Source: Podarcis liolepis
Lineage: Eukaryota
DNA length: 64,000 bases
Direction: 5' to 3' (one strand)
NCBI GenBank assembly: GCA_965112155.1
Contig: OZ218098.1
The translations under genes and the position numbers were made by a program. This document shows positions 48,495-62,831 of the stretch, in pieces. Within the stretch, counting starts at the first letter, position 1; every line of letters begins with the position of its first letter. The notes beneath the pieces were generated by a model that ran no database searches, was not told the DNA's origin, and was given only the letters and a program-made list of their open reading frames with translations.

Positions 48495-51400
48495 GAAGAT
48501 ACCAGGAGAGTTTTGCACAGAGCTATAGGGAAGCTGCCACATGTAGTCAGAGGTAGTGACTGCATTGTGAGCAATGACACTAAGTTCAAAGTCTTAGGAA
48601 TTCAAGAGTGAGGAGCAGCAGGGCAAAAGACCTGGAAGCTTTTGGGCAGAATTCTTGAGGGTTAGCCCTCCTTTCTCCAGTTCTTCTGGATTTCACCCTA
48701 AACATTACTGGGAATCTATGGCTACTGCCCATTCCCATTTTCCCCAAAGGAACTTGCAGTTACCTCTAGTGAAAGCGATTCATGCTTTGACAACATCTTG
48801 CTCAACATGTCTCCACTCCCACTCTGGTTCACTGAGTGCTTGCAGTAAGCAGAGAAATGCTGAGCACAATGACTTGGAGGCCACACATTTCTTTCTTTAG
48901 ATGTTACAGGGAAAATGCATGGGGAAAATGTGGTTTGGGGGTAGACAAGTATTTCCCATAACATCTATTCTGTTAAGCTTGCTAGACATTTCTGGGCAGA
49001 GTCTGGATCATTCTCATCATGTGGAGTATGTGGAGCCACATTTGAGATTGTCTTCCATGGGAAGCCATAAGTAGTTGTTAGGAGAAGTCCAGGCTCTTCT
49101 CACAAAAGGCTGATTTTATTTTACCCCCCCCACCCCACCCCCGGTCTTGGAGCATCACGCCTGGTGGGAGCATCAAGGCATTTCTGCTACTTGGGTCCAA
49201 GTTACAGCTGAGATAGCATCACATCCTATACTGTGCACAGATCCATTTGACTTACAGCCTCATGTTACATTTGGACTAGTGCTGTGCTGAAATTAGTTCC
49301 TTGGTTTCTTGAAAGTGTTCTTCCTTTGCAAAAGAGGCTTCCATTTTTCTGCCTCCCTCATAGGATGTTTTATAATTTATTTATAGTTTTGGTGAGTGCC
49401 GGGTTGCACACAGCGTTCGAAACTCCCATTGTTCTAAGCATGTTTTGCGATAGGGAATTTCATTAATGCAAGCAGTTTCTGAGCTCTGGACACAGTATTG
49501 TGCCTAAGATTTCAAATTAAAACTGTCACTGCCGGAAGGAAAGGAGGACCTTTTTCCCGCCTCCCCACTTCCAGCCACTCTCTGAAGACTGGAGAAGAGA
49601 CCCTCTTAAGAATATTAGGGGGGCAGACAGGGGAAGCATGGCTTTGCTTTTTGCAGTCTTCAGATAGGACTAGACCATGTGAAAAATGCACATAAGATTT
49701 TAGCTGCAGTTCATTCATTTTCAGCTTTGTATTCTTTTATAAAAAAACACGCCTAGACACTCCGTTGCAGTGCCCATAACCTAGGTTTAAGGTGCCATTT
49801 ATTTCCTAGCTTTCATATCTCAGTTTCTAACACTGGTTGCACATACTTTATTGTTATGAGATGGCCCAGGTTTCTATATGCACTTTTCTTTTCATTATGA
49901 ATCTTTCCAGCTCTCTGCAGCCTCCTCAGTGGGTGCTTTCTGTTCTGAAAAAACTCCAAGGGCATGCTCACTGATTTTGTTTATAAGGGAAATTCTTTCT
50001 TTTACCTTTCTGCACTGATTTGTTTTAAAATAAAATAAAAATATTCTTCTTTTTTAAAAATAGCACAACCTGACAGCACTCAGGTACATGATAAGCAGCC
50101 TCCTCTTCTTACCAACTGACAGGAAATCTAGCTGAAGACATTGTGGAGTTTTCAGGAAGCAGTGCACCTTTGGAAAGCTGAAAAATGCTGACCAACTGGC
50201 TGGTAGGTAGAAGGACAAAAACCATAGTGGAGGTGTCTGCCCTCCACTAAGTGGGCTGCAAGCAGAACCCTGAAAGAGAGAGACATGCTTGATTTGTGTT
50301 TGAACCCAAGACTGTGGCTATGGGAGAAGCAATGCCTTTTGGGGGTTTTAATATCGTGAACCCCTCCATTGTAGACTCAGGTTGTATATATGTGTAAATA
50401 AACCATATATCCAGAAGATACCACAGTCTCTGCTGTCCCACATTCTGAGGAAATCGAACCCTGGATAAGCCTGGAACCCCAGGAGTCTTGCACTGCTCGA
50501 GTCTTGCACAAAATCCCTTGGCCACCTCAGAGTAAGGTAAGCACAATAAACACTCTGCACCCAACCCATAATAATTTCACCAAATCCCCCCTCCCCTTTT
50601 ATATTTCTCAAATGCAATTCCTTCTCTCATTAATTGATGGAAGATGGTGGAGAGTGGGGGAAGGCAGAAGAATTTTTTGGCAAAGCACTAATTGGGACAT
50701 ACAGGCTTGTTTCTTCAGTGGCTCTGTAGCATCTATCCTTTGAAGCAGGTGAGAAAAATCCACTCTCCCACTTTGGGTTCCAGTGAAACATGCCTAGATG
50801 TATGTGAGCAGAGGCGCTTGTCAAGGCTGTGGTGGGAACCAGCTGCTACTGTTTTTAAGCACATGCTGAAATGGAAACCCTGGTTCCAAGTGCTCCCCAT
50901 TTCCATCCTCCATTCCAAATCCAGATGGTTGCAGCCCAGCTGTAGCCCTGAGTTCTTTGCTTCTTAATGCAAACAGTAACATCTGCCCAGACATTGAGAC
51001 TGGATGGATGGAGTGGAAGCACAAGGGGGAGGGAAGAGAGGTTGGAAAAAGGACACGTAAAGCACTGCATGTGAAAAATGTAGCCCTTTTGCACAATTTA
51101 AGATGAAGCAGTCACTACCCAGCCTTGGAGTTTCTCTCTCTGGTAGGCCAACTGAGCAGTGAATTTAGCCGCAGCACAATGTGTCTGGAAGAAAGAGCCT
51201 GAAATCAACCCTAAGTGCTGCTGCTGTTCCTTTATTAGAATCTAAGAGATGAAGGGAGGGTTGGCTGGAGAAAACAGTAATCTTCACACCAGCCCCGACA
51301 GTGATGATTTGGTTACTACACGATTCCACATGTCTCAGAAAGAAGGGAGCCAGAGGAGGACTTCACTCTCCATGATCTGGTATTATGACTGGGTTTTGTG

Positions 51401-52493
51401 ATGGCGTTAGTACTGGGAAGTTTTGTGACTATTGAAAACTTGAGAGAAAGAGAGAGGGAAAGGAAGAAATAGTGGAGGAACACACCACCGCCCCAGAACG
51501 AGCAGTTGCTGTAAGTTTGTTGTACGTGACAAGCAGGGGGATGGATGTCTGTGTACGCCTGCAGTCCCCAGATGTCCTCTCACCACATGATTATCCTCCC
51601 CAAGGCTGTGGTAGGGAAGGGGGATCAGAGCAACCTATATTTGGATGGGGGATGTTGAAAGCCTTGTTCTTTACAGGCCTGCCTTGGGTTGGGTGGAGGG
51701 GGGGGGGAGAGCGTTTTTTGTGGCCAGATCCAAGGCAAGATGGTTCCAATCACTGGCACTGCCCTAGCGGCAAAGGTGCTGGTCCACAAAGCAAGCTCAC
51801 CCTGTGGGTATTACTGCTGGAATTTCAACTCTACTGGGGCTTAGAAAACATAAAATACTAGGAATAAATTATAGAAGAAGAATCATGTCAACGTGTCATA
51901 ATAGAAGGCAAAGGAAGCCCGTGGCACAGTAAGAATTGTGGGGGCTTACAGGTTGGTTGGTGCTAGCACTTGGTCATTGCAGGTATGTTAGCGGAGGAAC
52001 AAAATTGCAATGGACTCTCCACCAATTTTAGAGGGGAAACATAGCGGTTGTGTGCTTCTCATGGACATTGGATTGGCCATTGTGATGACAAGTGCTGGAC
52101 TAGATAGGCTCCTGGGTTGATCCAGCAGGGCTCATCTTACTTGTGTACACCCAGCTACGTACTATCTACACTAGTTGTGATATACCTGTCATTGTGTATG
52201 TTGAGAAGGGACACTTCTCAGCATGCTGTTTCTAATTCTTTTTAAATCAGTTTTTTAAACCAGTTCTTTAAGTTACACTGAAACACTCTATAGTACATTA
52301 TTACTGTGAGAACCATTTTAAAATGAAATACTAAAAATGATTTTGGCAGTAATTAAAAGCTTGGCAAAAACAAAGCCAAACACCATGCTGCTAAGATGTC
52401 ACTGAGTGATACGAGATGTTTTTAAAACCAGCGTTTAGATTTGTGCTCACATGCCTTTTTATTCAAGAGCTGTTGCATAGGCACTTCAATATA

Positions 52494-52735
52494 CAGTGGT
52501 ACCTGAGGTTAAGTAATTAATTCGTTCCGGAGGTCCGTTCTTAACCTGAAACTGTTCTTAACTTGAAGCACCATTTTAGCTGATGGGGCCTCCTGCTGCC
52601 GCCGCGCCGCCGAAGCACGATTTCTGTTCTCATCCTAAAGCAAAGTTCTTAACCTGAGGTACTACTTCTGGGTTAGCGGAGTCTGTAACTGGAAGTGTAT
52701 GTAACCTGAAGCGTATGTAACCCAAGGTACCACTG
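52494..52735. mobile_element. Tc1/mariner (Tigger-like) MITE
   Basis: TA|CAGTGGTACCT...AGGTACCACTG|TA; internal GTAACCTGAAGCG repeats. Confidence 0.9.
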
Positions 52736-54117
52736 TATATTTTTTAAAGGTCCTAGCAAAAATTAAAAGATGAGCTTTAAAAAGTACACTGGAAAGGGCA
52801 AGAAACTACAAGAAGGAAATACTGGTAGCTGGAGGGAAGGACTCATGGTTTCAGTTGTCTCTACACAAATGCACAGAGTATGGGAAACAAGCAAGACAAA
52901 TTGGAGGTTTTAATCCAGGATCGCAAATATGACCTCCAGATGTTCTTGGGTGACAACTCCCATCAGCCTCAGCCAGTGTAGCCAGCAGTCAGAAATAATG
53001 GGAGCTGTAGTCCAAAACATCTAGAGTACACAAGATTGGGCACAGCAGATCTATGCCCACGGCTGAAGGTCAAGCCAAGACCCAACAGCCCTGCTCACTG
53101 ACAGAAGCCTCTTGAATTGAGCAAAGGTTTCCCTGAGTGGAAAGGGGGGGGGTTGGGAAAGACAATTTTTGCTGATAACTCTGCAGCCACCTGTGTATCC
53201 CTAAATCTGCTCCAGGGGGGTTGGAGGGACCCTTTGGAGCAGAATAGGAAGCAACTTGCTGGTGAAGGGAACTGCAGGGTTAAGGTGGAATCTGAAGAAA
53301 AGAAAAGGAAAGGAAAGAAAAGAAAAGAAAAGGCCATGTTATTTGTGGCACATAAAACATGACTGCTTTGCTTGTGCTGGGCCAGCAGAGGCAGCTGCCA
53401 TGTGGCTTGGATAGCTAGCATGAGATGAAGTTGTGGCTGCCTGTGGACTGCTCTGATTTCTTGTGTTCTGGATGCACACACCTTCAAAATCACTGTGCAG
53501 ACCTCCACCACCCTTCCATGTCCATGTTTTTGGCTTTTGGTTTTGGCCGGTGATGTCACCTCACACTCTCTCCATCACAATAATTGCTGCCTCCCTGCCT
53601 TTCTTGATCTGGTGTCATCTGTGCATGAATGAATAGGCATCCTTATTCCTGTTTTCGTCGGTCAACTGTTTTCTTCTTCAGCTCTTGTGACTGCTTTCTC
53701 TTCCTGGTTCTCAGACTTCAGCTCATTTTGCTCTTGGCTTGATGAAAAGGAAACACAGCTCTTCAAGGGATGGGCTTGAGTTGTAAAATTCCTATCTGTG
53801 GCCAAAAAGCATTTCCAAAACTATGGATTGGTTGAGTTCCCAAACACCAATGCAAATATTATTTCACAATTTAGAAATACAATAACATAACAAAAAAGTC
53901 TATCTGTAGTGAATTAGGGACCAAAGGCCTTGAAAGCAGTGAAACACTAACTGAATCTCCTTTTTGCCCCTGTCAAACAGATTATTAGGAGGACAAGAGA
54001 AGGAGGTGCATCTCTTCATTCATTTAAACTACTCACCCACTCAAGGAGAAAGTTGGGGTGCTTAGAGCACTTTGACTTGTTGAGTATATGATTAGGGCAT
54101 TCTCTTGTGCCTGTAGT

Positions 54118-54360
54118 GGGGATGGATCTCACTTTCTCATTTTTCCAATCTTAAAATCAGTTTTTAATATTTCTGTATAAATGGTATAAATAGTTAGTGA
54201 CCTTTAAAAAAACATCTTAAATGTACATCTGCTCTAATATACATATATGTGCCTGTAATTTTGCCTAATATAAACATTTTCCCCTAAAATAATATAGGTC
54301 ATTTCCCCTAAACTAATGCATTCTTGTATGCTATTTTAACAAACATATGCATTTCTTTTT
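54118..54360 (-). mobile_element. AT-rich hAT-like element, partial inverted copy
   Basis: GGGATGGATC...TTTCTCATTTTTCCAATCTTAAA is the reverse complement of the family's right end. Confidence 0.55.
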
Positions 54361-54556
54361 GTCCTTAATGGTGGGGCAAACATGCAAGAGAGCAGATTCC
54401 TAGGCGCAAATTTGCTTTAAGCTGCTTCTCAAGAAATGGGCATTTCAAAATCTCTTGTTCTCGCCTGCTGCCAGTTCCCCACTGCAGTTAATCCACTGCA
54501 TCATTCACATCAGTTGGGGTTTCCATAAGTATGTTTTCCCTCTCAAAGACGTATCC

Positions 54557-54720
54557 AGAACATAGGATGCTGCCTTATACTGAATCAGTCCATCTAGTTC
54601 AGTATTGTGTACACTGACTGACAGCAACTGTTCAGAGAGTTCTTCAGATAGGAGTTTGAGGTGCTGGACATTGAACTTGATGCAAAGCAAATGTTCTGCC
54701 ATTGAGCTATGACCTTTCCC
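54557..54720 (-). mobile_element. Squam3-like SINE
   Basis: AGAACATAGGATGCTGCCTTATACTGAATCAG...ATGTTCTGCCATTGAGCTATG; homologous to 9109-9290. Confidence 0.7.
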
Positions 54721-55947
54721 AAGAGAACCTTAGAACCCCTGGGGAAAGTTCAGCCCCCCTGCCTACCTGTTGCTCTGACCCCTTTCAACCCAACTTTCCA
54801 GAGCAGAAGCATGTCGTTCCAACCTAAAATACCAAATCTATTCCAAATATACAACCAGGGGGAACAGATAGGTGAGTTAATCTCAGCTGGGGCAAGAGAG
54901 CAGTGAGCTAGTTTGTTCTGGAAGTAACAATAGACACTCTGCTACACGTGCTGCTGCAGTGGCCAGTTGGGAAAATAAAAAGCAAGCCTCCAACCTCTAT
55001 AAAATCCTAAATTGGGGTCATTCCCTTTTTAGACGGCCACACTGGAAGATAAAGCACATGTGGCGCTCACTTGCCAAAAGGATTTTATAAGAATGCAGCA
55101 GGAACAGACAATTGTCTAATGGGCAACAGATGGTCAATTTTATTCTAAAAGCTGCTTTAACAGCATTCCAGTCTAAGCTGTATTTATTAAGTAATATAGA
55201 GTTTGTATAGTTTTCTTTTTCAGGAAAACAACAACACTATGAGATGCCCAGAAGAGTGGACATCAGGGTTTCACTGCCACTAGTACCTTTTACCAAATGG
55301 AATCTGTAGAGAATAAACGTGCCTTTTAGCTTCCTTTCTGTTCAGTGCCAGCAGCTGTATATTTTTCTCTCACAGGCCTGGGCTGAGCCATGTGTGCATT
55401 TGCTTTCTGAAACCCCGCCAACATTTAACCCCCCCCCAATAATTCTTCACATCCTGTCCCCTGCTTATCTTCCCATGGAGCACACATTCAGTGTTGAAGG
55501 GGACATCCCCTTTCAGACAAGGAGGAGCAATAGAATTCATTGTCTCCTGAATCTGTGGGCAAAGGATGGAAATGAGGTGTGTGTCTAAAGTAAGCATTAG
55601 AATGATGTTGTCCAGAGCCAGCCTAGTTCCCTACACAATTTCTTTATATAGGCAACAATAACCATTCTGGCAACCTCTTGGTTACTAAAGTTGCAAACAT
55701 TTTATAGGCAGGTTCCTAAAAGTCATTGTGTTTAAAGCTAAGCTGGGTCGATACCACACCTAAAAATATTCCTCCGCTACAAAAAACAGGGACTGGTTTG
55801 GGGCTGCTCTTTTGATGGTGGTGATGTGGGTAATTCCACCAAACTTTCTGAGAAGGCAGTGGCACTTACCTTACTGAGTCCCACCAAGCCATGCAGCTGG
55901 TGGGAAGCTGTGGAGAAAATCTCCCATTGACTGCACTTTGTGAAATA

Positions 55948-56176
55948 CAGTCATACCTCGGGTTACAGCCACTTCAGGTTACCTTTTTTCAGGTTGCGGA
56001 CTGCCGAAACCCAGAAGTACCGCAATGGGTTACTTCCGGGCTTCAGCGGTCGCGCATGCGCAGAAACACCAAATCTCAACCCGCACGTGCGCAGACGTGC
56101 AGATGCGGGTTGTGAACACTGTGGGTGGCAAATGTGCACCCCACACAGATCACGTTCACAACCTGAGCTTCCGCTG
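55948..56176. mobile_element. Tc1/mariner (Tigger-like) MITE, CpG-rich
   Basis: TA|CAGTCATACCTCGGGTT ... AACCTGAGCTTCCGCTG|TA. Confidence 0.75.
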
Positions 56177-56348
56177 TATCTCATGAGCAATGCAAAAGTG
56201 TTACAGTGTGGCGTCACTTCCAAGGCATTGCACAATGCACAGCTAGCAGGAAGCAGCAAAGAGAGCCTTGTGTTGCTTGAAGGGGCATGTTAATTTTTTT
56301 TATGGTAAAAAAAGGGTGGGGGAACACTTGCACCACCTCCTTGTAAGA

Positions 56349-56797
56349 TCGGGATGGGAAAGAAATTTAATTCCATTCACATTTACAGGCAAACCTACCT
56401 AATCCGCACTTTTCAAAACAACGCACAAGCTGAGATGCAGCCATCCTTCAGAATTCACACTTTGTCCAATTTTTTGCAGTACAGTCTTCCAGCTAAATAA
56501 TATGGGCAAAAATAAATATGCTACGGTAGAAATGTGGATAAAAATGCAGATATTAGCAAAACTAATAGACAGAAACATGTTACATTAAGGAAAACCGACC
56601 TGCAAAAATGTGTAGGCTTAGGCAAAATTGCATACAAAATTAGGTGAAATTTGCTCTAAAATGCTGGAGAATTTCCATCAGGCCTTTTTTTTAAAAAAAG
56701 AAGAATAAATTTACAGTGTGATGTGGAAACATACAGCTTAAAACGGGAAAAATGAAAAATGGAGAGAAACTGAAATGGATGGATTTATCCATCCCTA
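56349..56797 (+). mobile_element. AT-rich hAT-like non-autonomous element
   Basis: TIRs TCGGGATGGGAAAGAAAT / ATTTATCCATCCCTA; homologous to the other copies. Confidence 0.75.
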
Positions 56798-57829
56798 TTA
56801 TGAGTGTGCCGCAGGTGAATTCTCATCCCTTTGATTGGTTCTTTGTCTCTAAAATGGGAACGATGTGCATCTGGGTTGCAGAACTGTTTTGAGATCAAAC
56901 AACGTATTGTGAAGCTCTTTGGTGCATAAAAAAAACACACAGCACCATTCTTTCTGCAAAGCACAGGCAGTGGAAATAAATAGGAAAATGAACAGGAAAA
57001 TATAGTCAAATAGGGCTAAGAGGCCCCAAAAAGGATGGAGCTATAAAAAATGAATATATTTTGTTCACTGGCAGCTAACCTTTCGAGCAGCCATTCCTAC
57101 ACTTTCTGTATATTTATATAGTCAAAAGGACTAGAAATTTACCAGCCACACAATATTTCTAATAATTATGGTAATGATGGTAATAAATAAGACACACATC
57201 CCCAGGATCCTAACAAAATAGGAGTCCGTATTAGAAAGCCAATCCTATGGAATGTATATTATATTAAGAACTGTCCCCCACCCTGAGCACGTTAAAGTCT
57301 AAAAGTATTTCTTACAATTCTTCTTAAGCCTAAACTAGGGACTCACTGAACTTTACGTTGGGGTTTATTTTTACTTAGTCCGCTGCCCCCCCTCCCACAC
57401 TTCATGTTTTTCCCCTGCCAAAGATTCTGGTAAACTTCAGATGAGATCTGGTCTTGATTTCCGCCACAGATTTTTGGAGAATGTTACGTAGAGGACATGA
57501 TGGCTGCAATGGAGAAATATCAACCATTGTTTATACATACCCATTCACTTTCTAAACAGCTGTGAATAAAAATACTTTCCCACTTGTTAGTGAGACAAGG
57601 GATGTGGGAATAGCTAGCTGGGGAATGACGTACTGATGCTCCCCGCCACCACACACCCCCAAGCTTGGCTTCATGTGACTTTCCTGTAACCTAAATGTCA
57701 CACTGCTAAGAAAAGGGCTGTGATGCAGAAGTTTCTGTTCCACAGGAGACAGGCTCGTTGTTTCAGAGCAGCCTTTACCAACCTGGTGCCCTCCAGATGT
57801 TTTGGATTACAACTCCATCATCCCTACCC

Positions 57830-58172
57830 ACAGACCCTCCAAGTGTCCCTATTTTCCAGGGATGTCCCTGATTTAGAGACGCCATCCCAGTTTTCTGATT
57901 TAATCCCAGAATGTCCCACTTTTCCTCAGGATGTCCCTGTTTTCATCGGAGAAATGTTGGAGGGTATGGAGTTATCCAACCCCTGAGCTGTCTGAAGGCA
58001 ATCCTGTATAGGGAAGGTTTTTTTATGTTTAATGTTTTTTATGTTTTTATATATGTTGGAAGCTTTCCAGAGTGGTTGCAGCAACCCAGCAAGTTGTTTG
58101 GGGTATAAATAGTAAAATTATCGTTATAGAATGGGACATCCCCATTTTCATCGGAGAAATGTTGGAGGGTAG
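57830..58172. mobile_element. MITE with CA.ACCCTCCAA / TTGGAGGGTA ends and internal duplication
   Basis: TTTTCATCGGAGAAATGTTGGAGGGTA occurs twice (about 57940 and 58145); GGGACA/TGTCCC subterminal motifs. Confidence 0.6.
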
Positions 58173-58336
58173 GTAGCCAGCATGAAAGGGAGCTAGAAGA
58201 CCCTTTAAAAACCCCCACTAAATATCAAGGAGAATTTCTAAGCATGGTCAGGCAAAGCCCTGACAGTGTAGGCAATCTCCTTACCCAGAAGAACATCTAC
58301 TCTGAAGAACATCTGGCCCTGTGGTGTGTACATCTG

Positions 58337-58575
58337 ACCCAGTGTGGTGTAGTGGTTAAGAGCAGTAGATTCGTAATCTGGGGAACCGGGTTCGCATCTC
58401 CGCTCCTCCACATGCAGCTGCTGGGTGACCTTGGGCTAGTCACACTTCTCTGAAGTCTCTCAGCCCCACTCACCTCACAGGGTGTTTGTTGTGGGGGAGG
58501 AAGGGAAAGGAGAATGTTAGCCGCTTTGAGACTCCTTTGGAGTGGGATATCAAATCCAAGCTCTTCTTCTTCTTC
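58337..58575 (+). mobile_element. tRNA-derived CORE/MIR-like squamate SINE (Squam2/Anolis SINE2-like)
   Basis: A box TGGTGTAGTGG, B-box-like GGTTCGCATC, core GGGTGACCTTGGGCTAGTCAC, (TTC)n tail. Confidence 0.8.
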
Positions 58576-61500
58576 TCTTCTTCTCAGTCTGAGACAGAGG
58601 AGCAGACAGCAGAGGTCTGGCTTGGGCTGCTGCCATTTTAGCAGTAACAAATGAATTGATCTGAGGGGTGTGTGTGAGTAAGTGGGGCAGAAGAGTGATT
58701 AACAGGGAAAAGAAAGAGGGCAAGGGATGGCTCTGAAGATCAATATAAAATTTGGGTGTGGCTGGGTGAGCTGAAAAGGCAAATATGTGGGGGGCTGGGA
58801 AGACAAAGTTTGCCAGCCCTTGTGCCCGGTGCCAGAAGCAATTGCTTCAATTTGCCTAATGACAGAGCCAGCTCTGAGTTCAATGCCCACTACAGATGCC
58901 AGTGAAGCTTGTTGAATCAGGCCTGGAGATTCCTTAGGGGGCTCGTAATGCTAACACCAAAGAAGAACCCAGCAGTGCACATCCTCCAAATTCTGATCTG
59001 GTTTAGATTCCAATTCAAATCAGAGAAAAAATCCCAGCTTACTCCCTTTCACTCAGCCAGCCCTATATCTCCAAAGCCCCTCTAAGACTTTTCTTGAGCA
59101 CCCAAGGATGTCAAATGCAGACAAGGATCAGGGAGGGTTACAAAACTCCCACAATCCCTGGGTTGCTTTTACCACTGCACCTATGGAAGCTTATGAGGAG
59201 GCCCTCTGCAAAGAGTGGATCGCAGGTATAGTTTCTTTAATTCTCCCCATTTAGTCAAAGAGAGCTATGTCGCTCTAGAGAGATAAAAAGGCTGCATCCA
59301 TTAAAAAACCACAGCTGCACAGGTCCCTCTTGGCTCAACAAAGATGAAGCCTGTGTTTGTGAGTCACAAGTTGCGCAGGCCCAAGATGAAGAAAGAGAAT
59401 GCTTTCGCAGGGGTAGTCCAAGATATCTTGCTGTCTAAGGCAATCGACAAGATGACATCTCATTCCAGGCCAAACTGGACTGGCTTCAACAGTGGTGATA
59501 GGACAGCCTCCTCTACTTCACCTTAAGGAAGCAGCTTATGAGATCCAGAATAGTTCATGCAACATACACAACACCATTCTCTAGCAGAGGGGAATGGCCT
59601 TGGGGCTTAGAAAGAACAGCCAAAACACTGCTCCACAGCACCTGCCACCCTTGCACTAATGGCAGGGCCAGCTATGTGTCTTCCTTGCGCCACAGGTTGG
59701 AATTACTACAAGAGCATTGGTGGCCTTTTGACCCTAGATGGTATTGCAATACTTTCCATTCCAAGCAAGTTATTTCAGCAATCCCAATTTAAGGCTTTTT
59801 TCAGAGGTTGTCACAGTGCAGAGGATTGTTCTTTTGGGTTCCAGAAAAAGTTCATTTCCTCTGCTCCAGAGAAGTCCAGTCCACACCCTTTGACCATAAT
59901 ATTTCCGAGCTCAGCTGTGTCACAGGAAAGAAAAGACAAGCAAACAAACCTGATGTTTGAGCTTACTTGTTGGCTAGTTAACACTTAAAAAAAACAACCC
60001 CTCACAACTCTTAGTTAAAACCATCTGCTGGAATCTTCTGAGTAGTTTCTTTGACCAGGCACACTAGGAAGGGACAGTGAGCCCATCCCATGCCGTGCCC
60101 CACCCCTGACCAGCAGATGTTCTCATGGGCCGAAGAAATGGTTGGCAGAATTCAATTCACTGGAAAGATGTGGAGGAAACCAAAGACGGGAGAGAAGCAT
60201 AATTCCTGCAGCTGCAATGAGTGAGACAACAGCTGCAAACACAGGCAGTGTAAAATCTGTATTGGTAATCCTGCCACAATACAGCAGCAGAAGCCAGAGG
60301 TGAAAGACAAATGAGGCAAATGAAGATGGATGTAAACTGTGTGAGTGATTATATTTTATTCAGGGCTACTTTCTCCCCAGTGTCTATGCCTACTTAAGCT
60401 CCTCTTGCTATCTGAGTAATACTGGAAAAAAGCATCTCACCTTGTTCTCATCCATGTTTTACTTTAATTTTATGTGTACGAATGTATGAAAAGCCCTCCA
60501 GGATCAGACCAAAAGTTCATCTAGTCCAGCATTCTGTTCTCACAAAGGCCAAGCAGATGCTGATGCTGCTTGTTGGTTGGTTTGTTTGTTTGTTTGTTTG
60601 TTTTTATTTATATACTGCCCTTCCTCTGGACAAACACAGGACAGTGCACAACATAATACGTGCAGCAATAGTACACAGCACTCGAAAACACTTTGAAAGC
60701 AACACAACTAAAATAATAGCAGTATACAATGATTTGTTGGAAGTATATAAGATAGTTGAATAGGTGTACGACGTCATCGGTATAGAATTTTTAAGGAACA
60801 TCTCACATGTACAGATCCTAATTTGTAAGGTTTAGAATTCCAGTGTATTCCAGTTCTTTTCCTTTATATAAATATTCACATCCTTTTCTCAAGTGAAGTT
60901 TAAATCTGATAATGGGCTTGTTGTAATATCCTAAAGGTCATGATATATAGCTGATATGGGGACTCTGCCTCTCTGTCCTTTATTTAAGGACAGTTCATTT
61001 GGAATTGGTTAGAGGTCTTTGAATTATCTACTTTGATCAGAACAGAAATTAAGAAGGCCAGGTGGGTCTGCAATCCTCCTGCCTCTAGCTGGAAATCTGA
61101 CTTGAGGGTTCTGCTCTGAAGAAATGTGGGTGTCAGGGGCAATAGTTTCTTTTTAAATGACAGCTAAAGAAATATTTTTACTAGGGGGTCCGCTCACCAA
61201 TGCCACCTGCCCCTTTGTTAATCAGCTTCCCCCTACAGTTGACCAAGCCTCTTCCCTTTACATCTCTCTCATACCTCATCTATCCCCGCACAGCTCACCC
61301 ACAACCTCCATCCTTTTTTAAAGGAGGGGGGAGATGCTTCACAGAGCTCAGTTCACAGTGCTGTGAAGTGTCATTCCCCCCTGCAGCCACATTTAATAAG
61401 GCAGGACCTTGTTAGCAGATCTTGCAGCTTGGATGAATTAGATTAGAATAATCATTTAGAGTTTCTGGAGTTTAAAGGCTTTATTCATGGAGATTAGAAA

Positions 61501-62831
61501 GTAGTAGACATTTAGTCTGGAGAGAAGAACAAACAAAATGGCTTGGCTTTTAGGGGAGGGGTTAACTTAGACAAAGAGGCTTATAAAGGAGTGCTAGCTA
61601 GATTGCTGGACAAACAATGCACTCACGTGGTTCAAAGCAACACATGCACTCACTACAAACTCAAGAGAAGGAAATATATTTCCTTTACTCCAACAGTCTT
61701 CACACTGTGGCTAGCAGCCTGCTCTGTAAGCACCTCTCCTCCTTTGTTAAACGCCTGCCACCAGTGCTGCTTCCTCACTCTCTTGTCTGCTGTATTTTTT
61801 GGTTTTTATGTATATAGGAGGAAATGACAGCATGAAAGGACAGTATATATAACAATGAAAAAATCAAAACAGACAGTACAGAGCAAATGAAGCCAAGTTT
61901 ATGAGTCTAAGACTTTGCAAGTTCAGACATGGTTCCTAAATTTCAAGCTTGGCCATTAATCTACTTCACAAAATGACCTGTGCTGGGTTCTTCACACATT
62001 ATGAATGCAAAACAAACTTTACCTTTGAGTGCTGCAGATAATTGGAAGTTCCCTGAAGCATGTATCATACTGTACATGTGTTCCAAACTGCATCTTTTTA
62101 AATATTAATTCTGTGGTTTTGATGTGTACAATATGGGTACACGCTAAAAACGTAACACATGGAGCAGCCCTTAAACACAAAATCTTCTATTTAAACTTTA
62201 CCCATGTTCTGCAGGCAATCTCTGTAATATGTAATAGCTAGAACAATATGTCCTTATAGAGAGCAGGCAAGTTGCATGGAGCATTTAGGAATAGTCACAG
62301 CTTGTACTGATGACTTTGGCAAGTCAGCCCGTGGACTGAAAGAGAGCAAGGTTCTACCAATGTACCCATGAAACTCAACCAACATGGGTGCATCCTGGTT
62401 TAAATACCTGGGCATTTCCTTCATCTTTTTCCAGTCAAACAAATCCCTGTATGTTTGGTTTCCACAAGTATGAGTCAAAGAAAATTAGTATTAGGAGCAA
62501 GTTACATTTTTATCATGCTCAGTTCCAGCTGATTCTAATCAAAAATGCACCCAAACTTCCCTTTGGAATTACTAGTGGCTTGCTACTGCTGGCCAATCCT
62601 AACTGCTACAGAACTTTCCAACTCCCCCTTTATATCCTTTCCATGTCAAATAAATTATATATGACATCAAATAAATTATATATGACATCAAGTCACCACC
62701 CTTTCTTCTATAGCCAATTAGCATGCCAAAACTGGAATGGAAAAGGATGCCATTGAAAAGATAAACTGTGGATCAGCAAAGGTCCTCAATGCCTGGCATA
62801 TTCCATGGAGTTTCAGAACTGATATACAATA

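Noticed and set aside
52683-52725. Short spaced repeats GTAACCTGAAGCG (also 63023-63060) as an array
   Set aside because: Subterminal repeats inside Tigger-like MITEs; not CRISPR-like and no spacers
55870-55907. Isolated 38-nt minus-strand exon-like segment with strong splice sites
   Set aside because: About 10 kb from the other candidates, length not a multiple of 3, no linking evidence; indistinguishable from a pseudo-exon
55940-56293. CpG-rich patch with ORFs as a promoter or gene
   Set aside because: Explained by a CpG-retaining MITE (55948-56176)
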